The position numbers and the translations under genes were made by a program. The notes beneath the pieces were generated by a model. That model worked only from the letters and a program-made list of their open reading frames with translations, was not told the DNA's origin and searched no databases. From Hemiscyllium ocellatum (Eukaryota), in assembly GCF_020745735.1 (NCBI RefSeq), contig NC_083425.1, positions 45,557,575 through 45,621,574 of the forward strand: a stretch of 64,000 bases of DNA. The letters run 5' to 3'. Shown here one piece after another: positions 54,955 through 64,000 of this stretch (within the stretch, counting starts at the first letter, position 1; the number at the start of each line of letters is the position of its first letter).

Positions 54955-56370
54955 TTACACTGGCAGCATCCCCCACCTCTTCCGCCGATATATTGATGAC
55001 TGTATTGGTGCCAACTCCTGCTCCCACGTGGTGGTGGAACAGTTCCTCAACTTCACTTACACTTCCCACCCTGACCTTAAGCTCACCTGGACCATTTCCA
55101 ACATCCCCCTCACCTTCCTGGACCTCTCTGTCTCCATCTCCAGTGATTGACTCAGCACAGACATCTATTTCAAACCCACAAACCCCCACAGCGATCAGGG
55201 CTACATCTCCTCCCACCCCTTCTCCTATAAAAATACAATCCCTTACTCTGAATTCCTGAGCCTCTGTCGTATCTGCTCCCAGGAGGACCAATGCCATTTT
55301 CAGGACATCCCAGATGGCCTCTGATTTCCAGGACCACAATCTCCCCTTGCACGTGATCAACAACGCCCTCCAGTGCATCTCCTCCACTTTCCACACCTCT
55401 GCCCTTGAATCCCACCCCTCCAACTGCAACAAGGATAGAACCGTCCTGGTCCTAATTTGCCACTTACAATCAGACCCCACCACCAGAGACATATTTCCCT
55501 TCCCAACCCTGCCTGCATTCTGCAGAGACCATTCCCTCTGTGGCCCCCTCATTAGGTCCACACCCCCCACCATTCCACCCTCCACATCCAACACCTTCCT
55601 TTGCTGCTGTAAGAGGTGTAAAACCTGCACCCATACTTCCCACCTCACCTCTGTCCAAGGCACCAAAGGATCTTTTCACATCCAGCAGAGATTTTCCTGC
55701 ACTTCCACCCACTTCATCTACTGTGTCCATTGCTCTTGATGTGGTCTCCTCTAAACTGGGGAGACAGAACGTCAACTCATGGAACACTTCACGGAACATC
55801 TCTTGGACACAAACACCAAACAACCCCACCACCTTGTGGCCGACCACTTCAACTCCCCCTCCCACTCCACCAAGGAGACCCAAGTCCTAGGCCTCCTCCA
55901 CCATCAAATTCAAGCCACCCAATGCCTGGAGGAAGAATGCCTCATCTTCTGTCTTAGGACCCTTCAACCATATGGCATCAATGTTGATGCCACTAGTTTC
56001 CAAATCTCCCTTCCCCCCACCCTCATCCTGGTTCTAACCCTCCAATTCGGCACTGCCCTTTTGACCTGCTCTACCTGTCCATCTTCCTTCCCAGCTATCC
56101 ACTCCACCCTCCCCACTGACCTGTCACAATCACCCCCCACTCGCATCTACCAATTGCCTTCCCAGCTGCCTCCCTCCAGCCTGACCCCCACCCTCTTATT
56201 TATTTCTCAGTCCTCTTCCATTCACCTCCCCCCACCCCCACATTCCTGATGAAGGGCTTCTGCCCGAAACATCAACTCTCCTGCTCCTAGAATGCTGCCT
56301 GACCTGCTGTGCTTTTGCAGTGCCACACTTTGACTCTGATTCTCTAGCATCTGCAATCTTCATTTTCTCT
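54955..56370 (+). mobile_element. Penelope-like retroelement, 5'-truncated (RT C-terminus + GIY-YIG + terminal hammerhead)
   Basis: LFRRYIDDCIG (YIDD at 54989-55000), CCKRCKTC linker, FSCTSTHFIYCVHCS..GET..EHL, and CTGATGAAGGGCTTCTGCCCGAAACATC at 56246. 14-bp TSD TATGGAG(G/A)GATATG at 54941-54954 and 56371-56384. Confidence 0.92.
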
Positions 56371-57134
56371 TATGGAGAGATATGGACCAAACACAAGTAA
56401 ATGCCACTAGGTTACTTGCAAAAGCTGGGTGGCTTGGATAAGTTAAGCAAAAGGGTCTATTTCCATGCTGCAAATCTCGACTCTATGACACTATGAATAT
56501 ACCTCAGAGGCCTCTTTGAAACGGACATTTAAAAAAAACTTCTAACAATCTAACAAAGCTATCATAGTAACACAATTCATGCTGAAAAGAACTTTCACTT
56601 TAAAAAAGCTATTCAAAAAAACTTAAGATCCCCTTGTGTCACAAATCAAGACAGTTTTGGGACATTATTCAAAGTTAATCTGTCAGCCCAATTGTTGAAC
56701 TAGGTGGTTGTGGATATCTTGAAGCTTATCCAAGTATTCATAATGGACTCAGCTGGCATAAACAATTATAGCGAAGCCTATTAAAATTACTAAAACTTAT
56801 GACCATGTTTCTTTTTTTAAGCTATACTGGGTACCCTGTCAATCAACGCATTCCAGCAACAGATGGAAAACATAAGTGTAAGCTGCAGAAACTTTTATTT
56901 TCAGTTTTAAAGAGCTGTAGATTTAAATCATTTCAGGTCATGACACACAGAATTCTCAGACAGTGTTTCATTCAGTTTTTATTGTATAATAGCAATTTTC
57001 CAATGGGAGAAGTGCTCTGATTCATCTCAGCACTTACACAATGTATGTGATGCAGAGCTTGATAATCGACGACTGCTGTAGAACACATTGACAGCACATT
57101 ACAGCATCCAACTAATGAAACTGAAAAGAGATGA

Positions 57135-57615
57135 ATATAGAACATAGAACAGTACAGCACAGTTACAGGCCCTTTGGCCCACAATGTTGTGCCAGGCATT
57201 TATCTTAATTGAAGATGAACCTAACCTACACATCCCTCAATTTACTCCACTGGTCACCTTATTATATAGGAAGAACTTTAGAGAGGGTGCAGAGGAGGTT
57301 CACCAAGATGCTGCCTGGATTGGAGGACACGTCTTATGAAAAGAAGTTGAGTGAGCTAGGACTTTTCACACTGGAGAAAAGGAAGAAAGGTGACTTAATA
57401 GAAGTGTACAAGGTAATGAGAGGCATAGATAGAGTAGATAGCTAGAGACTTCTCCCCAGGGCAGATATGGCTGTCACCAATGGTCATAATTTTAAGGTGA
57501 TTGGAGGAAGACATAGGGGAGATGTCAGAGGTAGGTTCTTTATGCAGAGAGTGGTGTGTGCATGGAATGTACTGCCAGCAGTGGTTGTGAAGTAAGAGAC
57601 ATTTGGGACATTTAG
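57135..57615 (+). mobile_element. CR1 3' remnant with an adjacent inverted tail fragment
   Basis: ORF 57209-57445 LERVQRRFTKMLPGLE...GDLIEVYK. Confidence 0.8.
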
Positions 57616-57780
57616 TCTCAAATTCTTACTAGTGGAGCCTGATTCCTCATAAAATTGTTCTATTTCTTAGGGAGGGGGTAGGTGAGGAGGTGGGGAAGTG
57701 GTGCATTGACTTTCCAGCCACACAATGGAACATGCAATGTTGGAGTACTGAATGTGCCGCATTGCAATAATGGGACACTT

Positions 57781-58045
57781 CATAGAGTCATAGAGATGTA
57801 CAGCATGGAAACAGACCCTTCGGTCCAACTCATTAATGCTGACCAGATATCCCAACCCAATCTAGTCCCACCTGCCAGCAGCTGGCCCATATCCCTCCAA
57901 ACCCTTCCTATTCATATACCCATCCAAATGTCTCTTCAATGTTGCAATTGTACCAGCCTCCACCACTTCCATTGGCAGCTCATTCCATACACGCACCGCC
58001 CTCTGTGTGAAAAAAAAAGTTGCCCCTTAGGTCTCTTTTATAAGG
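57781..58045 (-). mobile_element. CR1 3' end
   Basis: Near-identical to 28862-29120. Confidence 0.85.
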
Positions 58046-58159
58046 AACTTTCCTTCTTGCCTTTCAGAATGTTTCAGTTGTTGTAGAGAAGGGTGACATT
58101 TTAGGGGTTGAACCAAAGCATTAAAAGAAACACAAGAATCCTTCATGCAATAGATTAAC

Positions 58160-58320
58160 AGGTCAGAGGAAGGGTCGACCCTTCCCGACCCGACGCGAAA
58201 CGTTAACTCTGATTTATCTCCACAGATGCTGCCAGACCTGCTGAACTTTTCCAGCAATTGCTGGGGGTTTTTTTGTTCCTGATTTCGAGCACCGGCAGTT
58301 CTTTCGGGTGTTTGTTTAGT
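58160..58320 (+). mobile_element. Penelope-like terminal fragment with degenerate hammerhead
   Basis: CAGAGGAAGGGTC...GCGAAACGTTAACTCTG...CACAGATGCTGCCAGACCTGCTG; homologous to 62830-63050. Confidence 0.7.
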
Positions 58321-59407
58321 AACTGAACTGCCTGGGCATGTGCACATTAGCATCAAACGGGAGCGGAGTCCATGTATCTCGTTTATTGTCGATCATTTTT
58401 AAAGGGTCGCGAAAAAGAAACAGTTCATTAAACATCTTGCGAAGTCATAATTTTGCCCTCATTACCCAAGAACCTCTTACTGGAGTTACTCACCTAATGT
58501 CACTGAATTCCCAGTGCGTTCTGCCCTATTTATTTTCTCCTCAACAGCTACTTAATCGAAAGTAAATTTGGTTCAAGCGTGCTTTTTTTAAAAATTATTC
58601 TTAGATTTGGGAGCGATCCTTGTCGTAATTCAGAAAGCAACAAGCCTGCGGCGCTCTCCGACAGAGTTCCGCTCCAGCTCCCGAAGGGGGAAGATCCCGA
58701 AGGTCGCAGGGTTTTTATGCACCCTCTCATCTAACCGGCGCGTCACTGATTGCGGGAATCTGTCAGACCACACAAGCTCTTCCCCAAAGCAGGAATGAAA
58801 AAGGGGAAAGCAGATCACAGACAAACAGCGGGGAAACCAGGGGGCCACGCTGATTTATACAGTCGAGCACTAAAGTGTGATTGTAAGAATTGAAAACGGG
58901 GAGCCAAGCCGGTTCACTCCACATGCAGACAGCCTGAGACGCTTAGAGGCAGGCGGTACTACAGCCACTACGTTTACATATGTGTCTTGGTTGCAAATTT
59001 TTGGGGGGCTTAATTTAAATTTATTTTTCATTAGATCCTGAGATGTGAGTGTCTTTGGCAAGGCCAGTATTTCTTGCCAGTCCCTAATAGAAAGCGGTAG
59101 TTGAGGCAGGAGCAACACCGTCAGCGCATTTAAACAAGAGGTTCCATATTTTGACCCTGTAACACTGTGGACAAAAAGGTACAGTTTAAAGTCAAGATGG
59201 GCTGTAACTTCGAGGCGAGCTAGCAAATGGCGTTGGTGTCCTAAACGTTTAATAAGTGTGTAAAGTAATGAATTCTCTGGATTTCTCTCATGCAAACCAT
59301 GAAGTTCAGTTAGACTAGGAAACAGATAGAGGAACTAGAACAGGTTGATGAAGGATTATTGGCGATGACGCCAAGTAACGACTTCTCAAGAGCTGCAAAG
59401 TTATTTT

Positions 59408-59475
59408 AGGACTTAACCTGGTGTGGTGTGATTTTTAACTTTGTACACCCCAGTCCAACACCGGCACCTGCAATT
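59408..59475 (+). mobile_element. Penelope terminal fragment
   Basis: GGACTTAACCTGGTGTGGTGTGATTTTTAACTTTGTA closely matches the reverse complement of 21709-21746. Confidence 0.65.
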
Positions 59476-59869
59476 CTCTGGAAATGTGTTTTGTGGCTTG
59501 CTTCCAATGAATGTAATGGATAGCAAATAATCCGGTACAGCGATGCTTTAATCTGTTAAATCACCACAATCTGGGATATTTCTACCACTCAACTTTTCAA
59601 ATCAAGGTTACATCCTGATAACAGATACATCCCAGTTGCAGGTCGTCTCCACCTTCCCGCTATAGTTACTTTTATAATTTTCCTCCCGCCTACAAAATCC
59701 CCTAAAAACAGATCTAGCCTCTTGCCAATGCAGCATTCACTTGCGCCAGGCTGAAATTGTTCGTTACCTACACAACTCTGGATAATTGAAAACTATAATA
59801 AATGACACTTAGACCAGTCTTGGTCTCTGCTGTGCATCTCCAACAGAGGCAATTTGGGAGAGGTATCAT

Positions 59870-60145
59870 TCACTGGTTTATATAAACATCGCTGAGGCTA
59901 TCAGCGTCAGATCGACTGATAATATGTTTTAGTGGCAGGAAGATTAATGGCTCCGTCATTCCAACATCTAAGGGGTTGCACGCTTTTCGACTAATTATAA
60001 CTCTTCGTTCGGAAAAAAGATAGTTGGCAACCCCGCGTCGGGTCAATGAATCGGGCCAATTGTCACATTTTCCATATTTGGAGAAGCCAGCCGCTATGTC
60101 GGCAACATTCTTCTTATAAAAGCAAGTGCGGTGGATGGTTCTCGG
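59870..60145 (+). promoter_or_regulatory. Gene B proximal promoter
   Basis: TATAAAA at 60115-60121. Perfect CArG box CCATATTTGG at 60072-60081. CCAAT at 60056. Consensus MEF2 site CTAATTATAA at 59991-60000. CATTCC at 59957. Confidence 0.8.
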
Positions 60146-60171
60146 CATCCTCCACTGAGCCAATAGCAAAG
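60145..60171 (+). other. Gene B non-coding exon 1 (start approximate)
   Basis: Starts ~25-30 nt after TATA; donor AAG|GTAGGT at 60172. Confidence 0.65.
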
Positions 60172-60894
60172 GTAGGTTCGGTTTCCCACGTTTTCGTAAT
60201 TGAATGAACACGGCTATTTAACGTTAAGCTATAGAATAATCAATACCCTGAGACAACTATCCGATGGAGAAATAACAAAATATTATTTTTATTTAGCTAT
60301 GATACATAAATGTCAGCTTCCCATAGATTTCTGTATAACATGCATTTTTTTTTACATTTATGTCACATTTTCCTCTTAAGTTCCTCTCCTGATTAATGTT
60401 CATCGTGGTCTTTTGCCTTTTTGTCCTGTTGAAACTGATGTGAAATTTCTTGCGTCTTTTTAAAATATATTTTTAAAATTATACCAAATACATTTGAATT
60501 GCAAAATGTTTAATACATTTATTGAAGCTTGGTCAAGACAGTTCCTCAGCACTAAAAGCAGGCGTGTCCTTGACAGTTCAGACCACCATGCAGTCTCCAC
60601 TCTCAATCTTGAACTTCAAAGGATGCTGATGGTCTAAACTGGGGAACATCTGCCTCGGAAGACACCTTTAAAAGGTTTTCTGTGGGAGTTCAACGTGTAA
60701 CTATTGTCCAAAGGATCAGAATCGTATTAATTGCGCTGAAAGGAACTGGATGGGGAGAGACCGCTAACATCTCAGTTCAAACCCAAGTTTCTAGTACATC
60801 AATCACAAGGTTCAAGCGGCAAGTTCATGCCCAAAGTCTTTCAAATCAACAAAACATTTGCCTGGCGATGATTGATGTTTATTTTTGCTTCCAG

Positions 60895-60946
60895 CTCCTG
60901 GCAACTGGACAGGATTCGTTACTTCTGGCTACTTGTATCCAAGAAG
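60895..60946 (+). other. Gene B non-coding exon 2
   Basis: Acceptor TTTATTTTTGCTTCCAG| and donor AAG|GTAAGA at 60947. Confidence 0.65.
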
Positions 60947-61639
60947 GTAAGACAAACTAAGTATAATGCCCATGCATGAAATTTTCAAACTGATTTGATG
61001 AGCATTGTGGTGAATGGCCTGTACATTCTATGACATTAGATGCCGCGGTTGCGCATTGACATTACTGGAGCTTAGGTATTGAATTATTCTCGTTTTTTTT
61101 GGACTAAAACAAATACGGTAGGGTCATTCAACAATTTGGTCAAACGTGTAAAGGTGGAGGCTTGGTGTAATGGTGCTGTCACTAGCCTAGTAATCTAAAG
61201 TCCCAAGCTAAAACTTCTGGAGATGTGGGTTCCAATCCTAGCATGACACATAGTTACATTTGGAGAGGCCCGGGTTCAAGTGCCACCTACTCCAAAGTTG
61301 TGCAGTAACGTCCTTGACTAGGACAAAGAGAGACAAAAATACTTTTGTGAGGGCTTTTGTGGCAGTGCCCTTGACTCTGGGCAAGAAGGCCCACTTGCTT
61401 CCAGAGGACGAACAGGTTGATTGACAGTATTCACAAACGGTTTAGTGCAGATATGGGGAATCGGCGAATATGAGCAGAGACTATGTGTCGGTGACCAGCT
61501 GGAAATACATTCTTGTTGGACGCAAGTTGTCGCCTATCGCCATTCCAAGAGCAACTGTGTAATTGTATGAAGAAAGCATTCTAGATGCCTCAGAATATGG
61601 TACATGTAACAGTAGCAGGACATGATTGCTAGGCACGAC

Positions 61640-62275
61640 AGTGAAGAAAGCATTTGGTATGCTTTCCTTTATTAGTCAGAGTACTCAGCACAGGAGTTGG
61701 GAGGTCATGTTGAGGTTGTACAGGACATAGGTTAGGCCACTGTTGGAATATTGCGTGCAATTCTGGTCTCCTTCCTATCGGAAGGATGTTGTGAAGCTTG
61801 AAAGGGTTCAGAAAAGATTTACAAGGATGCCAGGGTCGGAAGATTTGAGTTATAGGTAGAGGTTGAATAGGCTGGGGCTGTTTCCCCATGGAGGGTCGGG
61901 GGGCTGACCTTATAGATGTTTATAAAATCATGAGGGGCATGGATAGGATAAATAGACAAATTCTTTTCCCTGGGGTCGGGGGAGTCCAGAACTAGAGGGC
62001 ATAGGTTTAGAGTGAGAGGGGAAAGGTGTAAAAGAGACCCAAGGGGAACGTTTTCACGCAGAGGGTGGTACGTGTATGGAATGAGCTGTCAGAGGAAGTG
62101 GTGGAGGCTGGTACGATTGCAATATTTAAAAGGCATCTGGATGGGTATATGAATAGGAAGGGTTTGGAGGGATATGGGTCGGGTGCTGACAGGTGGGACT
62201 CGATTGAGTTGGGATATCTGGTCGGCATGGACGAGTTGGAAGGGTCTGTTTCCGTGTACATCTCTATGACTCAAT
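61640..62275 (+). mobile_element. CR1 3' end
   Basis: Same family as 29776-30357; ends CATCTCTATGACTC. Confidence 0.9.
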
Positions 62276-62829
62276 GATGTAGGGTAGCCAGCGAATATTG
62301 TAACTGAAGATGCAACCTGGCCAGAGTTACAAACATGCTGCAAAACACGATAGCTCCAATATTGGCAGCATCGCGCGATGTGTATTGTGTACTGGGTATA
62401 TATTAGCTGTTGACTTAAATATTGCACTTCCATTTCAAATATGTTGAAGTCCTATACGAGTTCTTGGTACAAATGTAGGTCTAAAACCTTCTGAATAATA
62501 ACATGCCCTGTACGTTTAATAAACATTGTGAATTGTTAAACCACCTGTAATTGGTCTGTTTTCTTCTGAAGAAAATGTTTTAAAAACGTTACAAGGCCAG
62601 TGACACTACCGTTGTATCTCACTGTTACAAACGGAGGTTTACAACAGGTTTGATACTGGGTGGTTTCCATTTGTGCTGTCCAGTTTATTGTTGCCAGTCC
62701 AGTTACCCCACAACTGAACGATTTACTTAATCTCCAGTCGATTCCCAATATACTCATTTTTAATCATTGCAAGGATTTTCAAACCGCTGCTACTCCAAGC
62801 TGGAAAGTTGACACCAAATTTTAATAACT

Positions 62830-63050
62830 TGGTAAAAACCGAAAGAACTGCGGGTGCTGTGAATCAGAAACAAAAGCAGAAAGTGCTGGAAAAGCTCGGC
62901 AGGTCTGGCAGCATCTACGGAGAGAAATCAGAGTTATCGTTTCGGGTCCAGTGACCCTTTTCAATTCTGAGAGTTCCGACGAAGGGTCACTCGCCCGAAA
63001 CAATAACTGATTTCTCTCCACAGATGCAGAGCTTTTCCAGCAATTGCTCT
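62830..63050. mobile_element. Penelope-derived inverted-repeat insertion with two hammerhead-like motifs
   Basis: GCATCTACGGAGAGAAATCAGAGTTATCGTTTCGGGTCCAGTGACCCTT pairs with AAGGGTCACTCGCCCGAAACAATAACTGATTTCTCTCCACAGATGC. Confidence 0.75.
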
Positions 63051-63425
63051 GTTAATAAACGGGTGCCTGGGCTCTTAAATAAATCTGCTTCACCCCATGA
63101 TCTCCTGTCAGAGCCGTATTGACATGTCTTGTCTCACATATTGACAGGCTGATTGACTCTCTGTTTTACTTTGGGGTGGAACCCACTTTGCACCACCAAA
63201 TGACTGATGTTAGAACTTATCTCACACAGCAGCGGGCAACAAAAGAATCATTTGGTTTTATTTGGGTTGGGCGTGCAGAGATAACCCTGTTGACTTGAAG
63301 GTGTCTGGCTTTGTGATGGGATGCAGTGTAAAACGTACACACAGATGTACAGTTATCGTAGAATCATTACATAAACTATCTTCCAATAATAATTTAAATT
63401 CTGTTTTCTGCAGTGAACTGCAATC

Positions 63426-64000
63426 ATGAGCTCAGACGCAGAGATGGCCGTTTTTGGGGAGGCGGCGATTTATCTTCGAAAGCCGGAGAAAGAACGGATT
63501 GAAGCCCAAAATCGACCCTTCGAAGCGAAGACTGCTTGCTTCTGTGTGGACCCGAAAGAGGAGTTCATCAAAGGCACCATCAAGAGCAAGGAAGGTGGGA
63601 AAGTGGTCGTTGAAACCATAAATAAGCAGGTGTGTGTTTCAGAAAAGTGTAGCTTTAGAAAACAAACTTTAACAATTATTTTGTTTTAAGAACGTGACTA
63701 AAGATCTACGGGTCATTTTGCAGACTGTAACTGTGAAAGAAGATGAAGTCTTTCCCATGAACCCTCCGAAATTCGATAAAATCGAAGATATGGCCATGAT
63801 GACTCATCTGAGTGAACCAGCTGTGCTGTTTAACCTCAAAGAGCGTTACGCAGCTTGGATGATCTATGTAAGCGAAGCCATCTCCCTCAGAAGTAACAGC
63901 AGAAATGTTATTTATTGCTCAGAATGTTGCAGAATTTCTAATGCCCTTCGATTCTCTGAATTTAGACCTACTCTGGGCTGTTCTGTGTCACGGTGAACCC
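63426..64000 (+). CDS. Sarcomeric myosin heavy chain, gene B (tandem paralog), 5' partial
   Basis: Exons 63426-63629 (204 nt, [29 protein letters not shown]...), 63724-63867 (144 nt, ...[18 protein letters not shown]...) and 63966->64000 ([11 protein letters not shown]). Exon sizes and phases match gene A. Exon 3 acceptor AG at 63412-63413. Confidence 0.95.

Noticed and set aside
54821-55890. Long overlapping ORFs (281, 137, 126, 116 aa) as novel genes
   Set aside because: They are antisense or shifted frames of the C-rich, frameshifted Penelope element.

Overview
Vertebrate genomic DNA, most likely from a shark (inferred from HE1-type tRNA SINEs, abundant CR1 LINEs and Penelope-like elements). 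The window is part of a tandem sarcomeric myosin heavy chain (MYH) cluster on the + strand. Gene A is complete. It has a TATA promoter at ~10982, two 5'-UTR exons, 39 coding exons from 17268 to 46473 (5814 nt, 1937 aa, all GT-AG) and a polyA signal at 46547. It is of skeletal type with an MYH3-like loop 1. Gene B is a paralog that starts with a CArG/MEF2/TATA promoter at ~60000-60121; its first three coding exons run off the window end. Introns and intergenic DNA are filled with nested CR1, L2, SINE, Penelope-like and probable Harbinger-MITE insertions. The most notable unannotated layer is a set of Penelope-like elements from several families. They carry minimal hammerhead-ribozyme motifs and inverted pseudo-LTRs, including a 188-bp near-perfect palindrome in intron 17 and one core-intact hammerhead antisense to the gene. 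Other observations are a candidate alternative terminal MYH exon, an excess of AAG splice acceptors, and CpG retention around gene B. All coordinates were read by eye; repeat boundaries are approximate.
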